Source: Lama guanicoe
Lineage: Eukaryota
DNA: 64,000 bases
Assembly (NCBI GenBank): GCA_013239625.1
Contig: MU054187.1
Span: 11,491,231 to 11,555,230 of the forward strand
Reading direction: 5' to 3'
The position numbers and the translations under genes were made by a program. Shown one piece after another: positions 1 to 12,600 of the stretch; the first letter of the stretch is position 1, and every line of letters begins with the position of its first letter. The notes below the pieces were generated by a model. That model saw only the letters and a list, made by a program, of their open reading frames with translations. It was not told where the DNA came from and made no database searches.

Positions 1-129
1 ATAACTTCCCTACAGTCAGAAACAGTAACGCATCAAAAACTGAAATGCTGCACCTCACTATCTCATAGTCACACCTTGCCTGTGTTAACAGAAACTACTG
101 TACACGTTACGTACCGTAAGCAGTGAGCA

Positions 130-340
130 ACAAGACAGAGAAATGGACGTATGAACCCTGACTTGGCCACTCTGTACAATCCTAAACAACTTGCTTTACC
201 TCTCTGAGCCTGTTTTCATGATCTCTTTTAAAAACAATAAAAACAGCTACCTTGCAAAGTTATTAGGAGGATTAAAGTGCATGATGTACATTAAATGCTT
301 GACAAAATGCTCTGAAAATAGTCAACATTCAGCTAACGCT
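130..340 (+). mobile_element. MIR SINE fragment
   Basis: Core-like 'acctctctgagcctgttttc...ctaccttgcaaagttattaggaggattaa...taaatgctt'. Confidence 0.65.
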
Positions 341-1215
341 GACTTGTTTCCTCTCTGCTGTCCCTTTCTTTCCCCTGTCCTAGTTCTGAATGACTTTGGA
401 CTATTTTCAAGAGTTAAATCCACCTGCAAAGGATAAAGATTTCAAGCTAATGAAGATAACCAAAATAATGTGCACAAACGCCCATCCACCCTCTGGGAGT
501 TTCTAAATTAATAGGCTAGACTCAAGGATGTTATATTTGCATATTAAAGCCAAATAATACATTAATCTACAGAATTTATAAATGAACAAATGGCCTTTCC
601 AAAAAGCAATTAGAAGCCTAAGCTCACAGAGAGTGGCAATTAAACTTATAATAGGAATTGTGACTCTAAAGTAACATGACCAACTTGTTACCAAGCATAT
701 AAGGGCCTCATATATACAATTAAACAGTGTCATCTATCAAATGGTCACTTTAGTTGACTGTAATATCCCAATGATGCTACCAGAGCCCAAAGGGTTTTGG
801 GGACAACTCTTAATTGGTACATTTTTCAAATCTTCAGTCCCCCATGATTTTTGCTACTTATTCTACATTCACCAACAATATACGAATGATACATCTGCTA
901 TCTGCAATTACCAGATACTTGAGAAAGTGCAATATTAACATTGCGGTGTACAGTTTGGGCCAAATTCTTTGAATTTTGGCCTACTCAACCCAAAGGATTG
1001 CACAGAGTGGCAGGTGGTGACTGGACAAGAGGGCGCCTGACAGAGAAGTGGCGCTCAGTCCATGACGGCTGGACAAGGTGGGGGAGGGGGAAGCCCCAAT
1101 TGTGCCTGGTGAGTGAGTCCATTTCCTATCCCAGATTTCTAAGAGCCGCTCCTTTCCACAAAGCGCTACCAAGAAGAAAGGAATTCTACCTGTTGGAACA
1201 CACAATCTTGGCTAC

Positions 1216-1253
1216 AAAAAAAAAAAAAAAAAAAAAAAAAAAAGAAAGAAAAA
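1216..1253. repeat. Poly(A) tract (A28 plus GAAA extension), poly(U) in the transcript sense
   Basis: Read directly from the sequence. Confidence 0.95.
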
Positions 1254-2586
1254 GGGCCAATCCCACTAAAACTCTCTCAATACAGGATCTAAACGATCAG
1301 AGTAAAATTACAAAAACACCACCTTTTCCAAATCTACGTATCTTTAGCTCCAACGTGAAAGGAAACTTTCTCTTCTGAAGGATCAAAGATCTCCCACAAA
1401 GAGTGAAGGGCATCACTGAGGCCCCAGAGTGGACATGAAGATGATCAGCAATATCTCTGCAGACCTTCAGCAGACACCACGTTGACCAAAGTTGGACAGA
1501 CACAGTGTAACCATAGGCAACGGTGGTTCTTATGACTTAGCCAAACGAGCCTGTTCCAGGGGAAGTACGTCCTTGTCACCTGGGACCACGGACTCCACCC
1601 CTTGTAGACATTGCTTAGTTTAACAGCGATTACCCTCTCCATAAACCGCACACAACCAAGAGAGCCGCCTGACCAAGGCCATTCCCAGGTAGAGAGGAAA
1701 ACCACCTTGGACCCAGGGACAGTCACACAACCCCGCCCGTGCAGCCACGCATGGAGGGCAGAAAGCCCAAATCATGGGTCAGTCGCACCCCTTCGGAGGG
1801 AGAGTGTCCACCAGCCGAGGAAACCGTTCCCCAAGTCAGCCCGACGTAAGCTTAGGCTCCTTGGTGGTAACAGTTCACGATCACATTGATATCTGCACGT
1901 CATAGTCCCTCCCAAATCTGAGTTGTCATTATGCTTTTTCTGAGCAGCCAGAGGCCATGAGTTAACTTGCTATCAGTCCACAGTGCTGTCAGGAGGCATC
2001 GACCTTAAGAACCACATGGAAAATATTCTGTGTGGCATCCAAGTCAAAGTGATGTGCAGGGGGTGGGGACTGAAAGGATGATGGATAACGAACCCGAAGT
2101 GCAACAGGAAGAGAAAAATCCTCTCGGAACCACTGCAGGAAGGTTACAGTAGGAAGCAATTAAAGAGAGGGGTAAAACCATCCTAACTCTGATAAAGTAG
2201 GATTCGGTGTGACCAATCAGCTCAAGTTAAATAATTTTCAGTCATTACTTAGGATCATAATCTAGGTCCAGCTGCTAGGTTTGTCCCTCCTGCTGTGTTT
2301 AGAGTGATTTTCATATCTCAGGCACAGCCTTCCCGATGAAAGGACTCCACTTTAGGAACAACCACAGCAATTTGCTGTTCATAAAAAAAGAAAACTGCAG
2401 AGCTGCTCACACTTCCAGGTGTACAACCAAAACGATCGGGTGAGACTCAGTCTTATTTCTGTGGGATTTCTCTTTCCAACTCTTCTGAGTGTCAGGGTGG
2501 CAATTATTAACCACCCTTCAGGGGGCCCTTAAAAGTTCAAAGGATTTCTGCAGCAATTCTCTTTGGAGGAGAAAGCCATCCATTTC

Positions 2587-2592
2587 TTTATT
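2587..2592 (-). terminator. Candidate proximal polyadenylation signal AATAAA
   Basis: TTTATT on the + strand about 830 nt past the stop codon. No strong GU-rich downstream element is visible. Confidence 0.3.
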
Positions 2593-3421
2593 TGTTATGC
2601 ATCTCAAACTACAGTTCCCAGCCATATTATTTAGCACACTAGTTTTAAAGCCCCTGATGAAAGAATCCTGGGGTTTCTTACAAGCTATCAGGTTGATGAC
2701 TTAGTAGCATCTTTAACTCCTTTATGGTGGGGTGGACAGACTAAAAGAGAATGTGTTTTAACGAAATGAAGTAGCTGTTCCCTTTGTTACACTATGCACA
2801 TGGTTCCTTTGAAGCGTTTGAACATCTCTACCTGATTGATAACTCTGCTATGGCTTAAAGTGCAATTAACAGTACTTTAGGGAAAGTTCAGCTTCCTCTC
2901 TTTTAGTACCTGCTCTAGTCTCCAAAAGCAAAAGTAACACACTGCACTTACATTTTCCCAATCGGATTGCATAGTTGAGGCAAATTCATTTGTGCTTTGT
3001 AGCAGAACTCACAGTAGGTGTTCGTACCTAGAAACTTTGATTTGTAAATGCAAAGTCACAATCAAGCTCACCCTCATCCGGAGTGTATGTTACTGATACG
3101 CACCGTCATCACATGTCCCACGATTTTGTTAACCACGCACCCAGCCTGATTCCACACTGGAGCATGAGCATCAAATGAACATCTCAGAGATGGTAACAAA
3201 TCTATCTAAACGCCTCCTTCGTGGAGAGAAGGCAGGGGAAGGCTCAGTCTTGTTGAGGTATCCAGCCCTCAATCAACAGTGGCTGTGTCTACTGAGTTTT
3301 GTTGGTTTGAGGATTGTGTCTTTAGAGGTTAAAAAAAGAAAGAAAGAAAAGAAGGCACAGGTGTTTCTCAAGCCGCCATATTCAACTCAACCAACAAAGC
3401 GAAGTCTTCCATTTTCAAGCT

Positions 3422-3891
3422 TCAGGAGGGAGGCTGCAGAGCAGCAGAGCTTTCTTCCAGCCCCAGGTCTGGGGAGGAACTTATTGCTTCTGGGAAGGGC
3501 CCCGGATAGGTCTGCGCTGTGTATTGGATCCCTTTTGGCAGACCGGTCTCTTCGTGGAGTTCTCCCTGGGTGCTGAAAATCGGGCAGGACCTAGTCCGGG
3601 CACACTTATTGGCACTGGCAGTGCGGCCCACCACCGCGCTCACGGTGCTCAGCGGGAATTCTCTCCAGCTCCGCCTCTGCATTTCTTCCTCCTTGTATTT
3701 AATGGAGTACCAGGCCAAAAAAATAAAAACAAAGCCAACAAATTTGAGGCCGGCTGCCAAACCGAAGTAGACAAAACGAAAGGACGTGACATTGTATTCC
3801 CAGCAAGAGCCTTGCACGCCACACTCCTGTTGCCAGAGCATGCAGGTGGTGTCAATAACGGCTCCAAAGTAAATCGGAGTAGGAATGTACG
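3422..3891 (-). CDS. SLCO5A1: SLCO5A1 terminal coding exon 10 (470 coding nt including TGA)
   Basis: (A)YIPTPIYFGAVIDTTCMLWQQECGVQGSCWEYNVTSFRFVYFGL...EESSAALQPPS*, containing the OATP 'P.PIYFG..ID..C..W...CG..G.C..Y' motif. Acceptor ttctAG at 3893-3892. Lies within ORF-track entry 3422..3928. Confidence 0.97.
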
Positions 3892-4861
3892 CTAGAATTG
3901 TAGGGGCAAAGAAAAGGAAAAACAGCACATCTTAGGAGAGGACACCGATCTGTAAATTTACAGGGTGCTCGTTTGCTCTAAAGCCCATTCATGATTTATT
4001 AGCATTTATTATTATTAGACATATTATGATATAAAATGTCTAAAAATCAATAACACATTTTAGGCATAAACATTTCTATTGATAAAAATGCAATTAGGGA
4101 ATCCTTTAAAACTTAAAAATCAGATTTTGTCATTAAATACACAAATGGCCGTATTAGAATCCTTTGTGATCCACAAAAATTCAGTACACTTAGTTCTTGA
4201 GGGTTGAGTTCTAGTCCTCGGATGCAGGAAGAGTATGAGGAAAGCATTGTTCCCTGAAAGTTGGAAACCACATCAAATGGCAACTTTATAAAGGCGCCTG
4301 GAGTACAGAAATAATTAAGGCATAATATTCATCTTTAAAGGTTATGAAACATCTGGGATGAGTAATAGCTTCATTGTTTGGGCTGTGCGATTCACATTCT
4401 TGCACTCTCTATCCAAGCAGACTTCATCACATGCTACTCCCTTTGCTGAAGTCAGTCCCTATCCCCAACTTGTTCACCTTGCAAATATCTGTGCCTCCTT
4501 TAAATTCCTATCTCGTTCAGATGCTACTGTACTCCATTGCACTTTGTGTACAGCTGCATTTTCTCCACTGTCACCCAGTATTTTAACAGCTTGTAAGTCT
4601 GTCACTCATAAGCTCCTTGACGGCAAGGTCCATGTCTTTTATTCTTTGCATCCCCAAGGACCTTGGATTCACAATAAGGGTTTATGAAAGGAAATGATCA
4701 GTGGCAGGAAGGGAAGAAGAAAAGAGAGAAGGGAGGAAGGGAAGGAGAAAGGGAAAAAGGGGGTGACAGGTGGGCTTAGCCCAGGAGGCTGTGATACATT
4801 TTTAAACACACCGTATTCAATTAAAATGAGATACAGTCACTACAATTAAAATGTAGCATTG

Positions 4862-5120
4862 TTGGGGTGAAATAGGTGAAGGGGGTTAGGAGGCACAAAA
4901 CCTATATATATAAGTCACAGGGATGTATTATACAGCATAAGGAATATGGTCAACAATACTATAATAATATTGAAAGGGGACAGATGGTTACTAGACTTTT
5001 CACAGCGATCATTACATAATGTATGCAAATGTCAAATCGTTATGTAGTACACCAGAAACTAACATAATATTGTATGTCAACTATGTTTTAATTTTTTTTA
5101 ATTTGACATTATAAAAAAAA
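4862..5120 (+). mobile_element. L1 3'-end fragment (L1MA9-like)
   Basis: 'aagtcacagggatgta..tacagcataaggaatatggtcaa...tacaccagaaactaacataatattgtatgtcaactat' followed by an A/T-rich tail. Confidence 0.8.
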
Positions 5121-6554
5121 TACTTAAAATTTTCTTTTTGTTTTGGAACTTGGAGAAATTGGCTGGTTGGCCTAGCTATACTTTTTCATAATCAATGGAA
5201 CTTAAGGTAAGGCTGAATTAAATGGTAAATGCCTGATATGTTTGTTCCTCCATTTTTCCTCATGCTGTGGCGTCCTTCTGCTGACTCACCTTTACCTCCA
5301 GATCCATATCAAATTGCCCAACGCCCTGGCATCACAGATAGGCCAAGCAAAAAGGAGGAAGTATTTTTTTCTTTTCCTCTTCAGTTACCCCTTTGCTAAG
5401 CAAATTTCATTCTTTGAAAAATAACTTGTTTGTTTTCAATGAGAAGTAGAAGTCAAACTTCTTAACTATATATCAAAGTATGCCAGGATTTCATTGAACC
5501 AGCATTCTTTGCCAAATGGTACTGTCAAAGTGTTAATGGTACCAACAAATAAGGCACCCAGTTCAATGCAACTGGAAGCCTTTGATGGTCAGTGACAAGT
5601 CCTTGCTCTTGGTCTGAGCCATCAACCACAACATTTAGACAAAATGAGAATTCCAGAAAGGATTCATGTTTCCAAGGGTCTGATGGTACCATTTTAAAGT
5701 GTTTCCTCCTTCAAAACTGAAATAAACAATTTGAATCAAAAAGTAAACATTTTTTTGACAATGATACTGACTACTGGGGGAAAAAAACAGCTGAAGAAAA
5801 TGACAGATTGCCACTTAAGAAAGAAAAAATATGATTGATGATGAGGGATCCATATAAAAATATACTGAAACTGATCAAGGGAATGGACCACTTCACATGC
5901 TGTTTCCATCATGCCCTAAGACACCACAGGTAATGCAGTGTTTGTAAAAATTAGAACGGTATCTTTCATGTCCAAATAAACTGTGACTTCCCACACTGAC
6001 ACAGTGCTAATGAGCTTCTCTTATTAATGAGTAAAGCATAGTCCCCATATATAATTTGGAAATCTTTTTTCTTTTTAGGATTTTTTATTTCTTCCCCTCA
6101 GAAAACTTGATATTATCCTCTTTACCCAGTCCAATAAAATTACTGGAAAAAAGTAAGGAATTGAAATTTTCACACACACACAAAATGAGCACCAATTCCC
6201 ATCACTTTCACATTATAAAAGGGACAAAAAGAGCCTGGATCATATGTCCATAACACTTGCTTGGTCGAATATTTCTTACTATACAAAACTCTGGGGAATT
6301 TAGCCCAAGTTTATGCTCACAGTGAGAAAGAAACTGATCTAAAGTCAGTTTTGTTTTGTTTCATCTGTGACAGAATCGGTCAGCTTTTAGACCAAACAAG
6401 AAAATGAGGAAGTTGCGCCCCCACCACTAACCTGTAAAATCCTAGCTACTACTAACGGTAACAAATGACTTGACTTGCCATTTTTAAAGGGCAGTGAAAA
6501 TTTGCCACCAGCAAAGAGGAACTAAGAGGCACTCTTGGAAATTCAGGAACATAC

Positions 6555-6619
6555 CAAGTGTTCGCAATAAAACAAACTGCATTCCCAGGGCAAAAGGTCT
6601 CTCCTCATCTTTTACGGAC
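6555..6619 (-). CDS. SLCO5A1: SLCO5A1 coding exon 9 (65 nt)
   Basis: (R)SVKDEERPFALGMQFVLLRTL, containing the OATP 'ALG.Q....R.L' motif. Acceptor tatcttAG at 6621-6620, donor GTATGT at 6554-6549. Confidence 0.96.
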
Positions 6620-8664
6620 CTAAGATAAAGGGGAAGAAAGAAACGTTTCAAAATAATGATCTCAAGAAAATGAATGTCAAACAAGCCTGCTTAGTTGTAG
6701 GACCAGAGACAAAAGAGATGTTGGGCCCAAATGGCTAATTTGCTAGAATTTACTAACAACAGCCGAGCAAGACTGCTTATGGCTAAATCAGTGAATAAAG
6801 GTCTTCCCAGTGAAGACGCCAAAGAAACTCCGATTAAGTCTACTTGTTTCTGTGTCAGTAACGGTGCAGGGACAAAGATTCAGAGCTGAAGGAACAGAAG
6901 TGACTCTGGCTGAGCTTGCAAAACCAGTCCCGTTAAAAATATATACAGCATTTTATCCTAATGATGGCTGTTCTTTTTCTCTGTCTGCCTGCACTTTCTA
7001 GAACGGTAGGTGTGCACACTGAAAGTTACTCCCGTAATTTCTCAAGGAAAAGTATAGAGAAAAAAAAATTTTTAAATGGTCTCAATACTTCAATAATAAT
7101 TAAAATTTTTTTAAGTGAAAAAAAAAGCCCCAAAATGTATAGGAAAGAAACAAGTCAAAAGTTAGAAAAAGAATGAATCCCTCCCAGCCACTTCGTTTTT
7201 TCTTCTTTTCATAAAACTTATGCTCCAAGTAATTCCCCCATGGCAGGAAGATTGCAGTCTACTGATTTTGTAATTAGTAAAGATTAAAGGGCTCCTCTTC
7301 TTAAGTTTTGGGTTGGAAGCTAACTGGTGACCAGCCATGTTTGAACATTATAAAATGTGCAGCCTTTATCTGGGTTATTTAACAGCTCATGTAGAACTGA
7401 AGTTCAAAGTATTAGATTATTAATGACTCACATTTTTTAATTTGAAGTACTTTATCCTTTCTATCCCATACACATAGGGTTCTCAGTATATAACGTAAAA
7501 TTCCCAAGGACCAGTCATCGTTTCCCCCAATTTCTTTATTTTCTCAAAGCCATTTCCCCAGTGCTGCAGACCCTGCTGCTACATAAGCATCTGCTGATGG
7601 AGGAACTGAGTGAGTAAACCCAGGATACTTTCAGGTGCTGTTTTCTTACTGTCAAGGAGCAAACTGGCTGGGAATCATCTAACTCAGCATCCCATAGAAG
7701 GGAAGCCAGTATCTGCAGAATTGGCACGCGAGCAGCCCAACCAGCCTGCTCAGTATGACATCTCAGCAGGTGCTTCCCACCAGGTGCCCAGCATTGTGGG
7801 GTACTGAGGAGCCAGGGAGGACAGAAAAGGGAGGAGAGAGACTGAGACCCCTCACTCTTTCATTGCACTGCATCCCAGTCCCCCTAAAGATACTGTGAGC
7901 ATGCTCATTTCTTCACCAAGCTGTCCCCTCCCTTCCTTCACCCACTGCAGCCTTTACCTCAAATACGAACACTCTGACCTGAAAGTGCTAGTGTCAACAT
8001 TTTAAACAGGACTTCCATTACGGTAACTTCCACGTTCTCTCTTATAAGCAAAAATAACACAAACGGGATATATAATACAGCAAAGAAAGCACAGCACGAA
8101 CAACTCAAAAATTACGTTTCCCAGTCTGCCCTTTCCTTGATTCAATTGCAAAACTTTATATGATAGTGAAATTAATGAAATCAGCATTCTGAACTGCAAG
8201 CGCAGCATAAGCGGTCACTGCTCCTGGAGGCAGTAATTCCCTGCAAGGCTGGAGGCACTATTCCTCGCTGTGTGCACGATTTAGCAACTTCGCCAAACAA
8301 CTTCCTGCCTCCCCCGGGGCCAGGCTGCTTGTTGCTAACACAGGGATGGCTTTCAGCTCCTGAAATTGAACCTCTTAGGGGAGACACTTCAGGAGCCAAA
8401 GGCATCCAAACGAGGTTTCACTAAACAATTGGGATGAAACTCATCTGAATAAAAAGAGTTCTGGAGTAGGAAATGTTACAAATGTCCTCTCCCTTTCTCG
8501 ACATGGGAAAGCTCCCTTCTTTCAAGTTCACCAGGAAAAGGAGCACTTTGCCCTGCACAATCTCACTTTGCCCTCCCCTCCACGTTACCACATCAGTCCC
8601 CAGTCTAGGAAGTGAATTCTGGCCATTCTGAGTGTAGAAGCCACGCTAGAAGCTGAATGCTTAC

Positions 8665-8906
8665 CTGAGTGTTACTATGATGGCGGATGGCTGGGCACAC
8701 GCTGTGATGAAGGTCACGATGAAAAGGAAAACTAAGAACGGGATGAGGGTATTGCAGGACCGTTTACACTTCCCGGACACAGCATAGCCGTTCTCGTTGA
8801 GATACGTCTTGACAATAACCACGCGGAGCTGACTGCGCTGTCCCACCGTGGGCGGAGTGATCACCTGCCGGCTTTGGACACAGGTGCATTCTGTGTAATT
8901 CCTTAT
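8665..8906 (-). CDS. SLCO5A1: SLCO5A1 coding exon 8 (242 nt)
   Basis: IRNYTECTCVQSRQVITPPTVGQRSQLRVVIVKTYLNENGYAVSGKCKRSCNTLIPFLVFLFIVTFITACAQPSAIIVTL(R). Acceptor cccttAG at 8908-8907, donor GTAAGC at 8664-8659. Confidence 0.97.
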
Positions 8907-9385
8907 CTAAGGGGGAACAAAGATCCGCTGTATGCCAGTCAAAGGCAAACTTCAGCACAGCAATATTAAGATAAAGTCAAAGTGCTCTAAAATAATTCTA
9001 GCATTGAAAACTATGCAGAATATTTCAATGAAAATATCTTCCTCATTGGTAACAGTAAGGGATCCAAAGCGTGCCTCTCACAGTGTCAAAATCTGCTGGT
9101 CAAGATGGTCTAAACCTCAACTTTGATAAGAAGCTCTCAACGCTCAATTCTACTCCATTCACATTTTTGGTTGTAACCATTTGCCCTTCCAACTGCTGTT
9201 TAATTCTCGGGCTCTCTGATTAGCAAAGTCCCTCAAAAAGAGGAACTAAGCCTTATTTTCATTTATGCTCCCCAGAGCGCCTAGCACAACCCTGAACACA
9301 GTGCAAGGCCTGAAGTAAACATCTGTTAAATAAATACGGAGAATTCATGCTGCAACTGTGAGGACTTCAATGCCAATAACAGATC

Positions 9386-9453
9386 ACTGGCTGTTTCATT
9401 TGAAACCAGCTAATTCAATGGACTAAAAAGGTGTTTCAAATGAAACAGCCAGT
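9386..9453. repeat. Perfect 21-bp inverted repeat with a 26-nt spacer
   Basis: actggctgtttcatttgaaac (9386-9406) is the exact reverse complement of gtttcaaatgaaacagccagt (9433-9453). Confidence 0.95.
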
Positions 9454-10458
9454 TAACCTTCCCGCCTAGGACACGGCTTTTACTGAGTGGATGTCAGCTG
9501 AACTCACTGTCATTGTGACCTCTGGGCCACTAAGAGAGGCAGGAGGAACAAATGTGAAGATGGGGCTCTGTTTGACCACCTGTGCTCCAGGGGCTGTTGG
9601 CCTCCTTCTAAGAATGCGGGCTGTGCCCCCGAGGACTCGATCACTCCCAGGGAAGGACTTAGCTAGCGAGCAGAACAGATGTCATTGTCCCTTTCAATTC
9701 AGTCACACCAATTATATAATGGGGAGCCAGCAAGAGGAATTCTGTTTATCACAACAGTTTAAAACTCAGAAATCAAATATGACATCCCCAAAATATACAG
9801 CCAAAGGAATAATATCTCCTCATTGGCACAGAACAAGCAAACTCACCTTAGCCTTTTCATTAAAGCAGCCCCTACAATCCGTTCTTATGCAAAGCCCGAA
9901 ATCAGGCTCAATAAAGAACAGAGTAGAATATGAAAAACTTCTCCCACAGTATTACAGCCTATTTATAATTCACGAGGAAGGGAATTCTCAAAATAGCCTA
10001 TTCTTGAACTGACAGAAATATCTTTACTCTGGAAGAAAGTCTGAACTGACAGTCTATGAAAAATGGTCACTGCCCATCTTCACAGACTCTGATCAGGGTG
10101 GGTGCTCTCCAGTTCTCTTCTGTCAGCACCAAATGTGGTCACCTTGACCTTCAGGTCCATCACAAGGGCCCTGTGAGGGTGACCAGGGAGAGATCCAGCA
10201 CTCAACTTTATCAAGTTTCGCTGGGTTGGCACTGAATGTGAGGAGGGGGGGCTGAGGTAGAATCAGATTACTACATTCAAATGCTCCAATCATCCGTAGG
10301 AGGGTAAAATGATAGCATGGCATAATTTTCTTTCCTTTGGGTTTTGGTCAGAAGGTATTCTGCAGACTACTTGAAGTTTCTTGAAAAAGGGAGACTAAAG
10401 CCAAGTGTTTGCATATGAAATCTAACGGCAGCACAGGAACTTGTTGAAACATACTCAC

Positions 10459-10618
10459 CCCAGTGCTCATATTACCACTGTTAACACAGCCAGCCAGACA
10501 AGGGTTAAAGTATGTAATTCCATCTGATCCACAGACTGGCTCATACTCGTGGATTTTACAACCACAATTAACATTGCAGCTTCCCGTCAGATTCCTGTGA
10601 GGCATGGTCAGAGAAGGT
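10459..10618 (-). CDS. SLCO5A1: SLCO5A1 coding exon 7 (160 nt), Kazal-like extracellular loop
   Basis: PSLTMPHRNLTGSCNVNCGCKIHEYEPVCGSDGITYFNPCLAGCVNSGNMSTG has the OATP Kazal-type cysteine pattern C-x3-C-x-C...PVCG.DG.TY..PC.AGC. Acceptor ctcttAG at 10620-10619, donor GTGAGT at 10458-10453. Confidence 0.97.
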
Positions 10619-12369
10619 CTAAGAGAAAAGAAGCAGGTCATGAGCCACACGTGCGAAAAGGAAATTCGCAGAACAGTTCTTGATGTTAAGTAATGTGTCC
10701 GCTGAGGAAAAGACACCCCTGTGAAATCAAAGCTATGGTACGATGAAGTAGCATCCTAGATAATTCTGTTCATGACTTTGAAACAAAACACAAAGAGAAA
10801 TGTTTCAGTTTTCCAGTCTGAGAGATTCAGTACATTTGTAGCACATTGTTTAGCATGCCTCAATTCTCCCCTCCATCTCAGTGCTGTGGATCTGGGCTCA
10901 GCAGTTCTAACCCTCATACAACTACTCACTTACTACAGACACTTGGCTCTGTCTTAGCAAATCAGGGTCTCAATTTCTTTAACTGTAAAATGGAGGAGAT
11001 ATTTCTCTGTGCCAAATTAATAACATTGTTATGAAGGCATAAACATGGAATCTATCCATCACAGTTGTCAACACAGGCTCCTTTGACCAAAAATCTTCCT
11101 TGCCCTGGGATAAATGATCGAAGAAAGACATGAGACTCCAGAAAATCAAAAGGAAGTAATTTTTTTAAAGACCATCAGGAACCACAGCACTAGTTTGACT
11201 CAGACGACCAAGGAAGAACGAGGCAACTTGCCTTCCCTCAGAACGCCCGCAGGTGGATTCACAGACAAACGTGATGGGTTCTGCTTCCACATGAGATCAC
11301 AATATAATACGGAAAACTCGAACAGAATCACAAGCACTGTAGAACACCACACCTGTCCTTGTGCACAGGGACGGGACATCATCTTTCCAATAAACAAAAA
11401 CATTTCTGACAAGTTAGCCTTGCAAACAAGAAGCTCATGTTCACACAGAGTCAACATTAAGTGTTAATTCCAAGTGAGGAACAAGGCTTCACTAACAAAT
11501 GCCTTCTAACTGCATGGTCCAAGCTGCAAGCATGAGTCACACAGAACATCTCACTATAAAAATCATGCAATTATAGAATTAGAGAGATGAAAGGGGTCTC
11601 TGAGGTTAATCAGCACAACTAGCTAATTTTAAAGACTAGGAAACTGTGAGCAGCGTAATGACATGCCCCACAATCCTTGAGGCTTTAAGGAAACCAGCCA
11701 CAGGGAGACCAAATGAACAAAAAAGGGAATAAGAGCAAATCTGCTGTCTAATCTTCATTAAATCAACTGCTTAAGAATCGATGTTTATTTAAAGTAATAC
11801 ACAATAATAAAACAGATGGTGACTTAACATAAGTAAAAGTCCCTACCGTGGACCCATCACAGCTGGGTATGTAAGGACACAGTCGCTCTCCAATCACACA
11901 CACACACTCACATACACAAACACACACTGTGTCACACCACCCCACCCCAAAACCTAAAGAAGGGCTGGGCTTCCCCATGTGACACACTCCTACTGGCCTC
12001 CACAAATCAAAGAGGAGCCCTTAGCCTTCTTTCTGCCTCCTCTTCAGTCTCTCCCCGCTAAGAACTATGACAGATAGGAGTCCATTCATCTTATGTTCAA
12101 GCCGCATGGATTAAGAGGATATGACTTGGACAACAAAAAACCTTTCAGGCAAAATATACTAGTCAACTTAAAAAAAATGGTATCTTTCTCATAATTGTTT
12201 AAATCTTTATCAATTTATCCATCTTTAAGGAGACTTCAATTAGAATGTTTCTCTTCAATTCTACTTAAGTTCTTGGCTTTATAGTAAAGTCCTTCCTTGG
12301 CCAGATACAGCTGTGCAGCTTCAGGTTTATAAATATTATCATCATCACAATCATCATTATCACTTAGAA

Positions 12370-12600
12370 CTAAAATTGACGGAGTCCTACTTTTACTCCA
12401 GGACTTGGGCTCTGAGATCTCTACCTGTTACCTCACTTATTCCTCATGAGAACTAAAATTATTGTGACTGTGCCTCCAACTTTCAGATAAGGAAACTGAA
12501 TATTTGAGAGGACAGGGTAGGTACTGTCAAAGTTCACAAAGCTAGTAAGAATCAGTGCAGGACCTAAACCCAGTTCTCTCTCTCCATAGCATGGACCCTT
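12370..12600 (-). mobile_element. MIR SINE
   Basis: 'tttcagataaggaaactga...caaagttcacaaagctagtaag...ggacctaaacccag'. Confidence 0.7.

Larger units (their letters stand above)
1..3421 (-). other. SLCO5A1: Probable SLCO5A1 3' UTR / downstream region; transcript end not determined
   Basis: Follows the stop codon and is nearly free of repeats apart from a MIR near 130-340. The true end cannot be placed from sequence alone. Confidence 0.6.

Noticed and set aside
1022..1057. CTCF-like motifs (gacaagagggcgcc; also gcgccatctac at about 61611)
   Set aside because: They match only the 3' half of the core and lack the conserved CC, so they cannot be supported without ChIP data or a PWM scan.
3175..3895. 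Plus-strand ORFs (133, 83 and 123 aa) overlapping the last exon
   Set aside because: Antisense shadows of a GC-rich coding exon, with no recognisable domain or splice support.
9491..10012. 173-aa plus-strand ORF
   Set aside because: No recognisable homology or coding-like composition. Chance ORFs of this size are expected in 64 kb over six frames.
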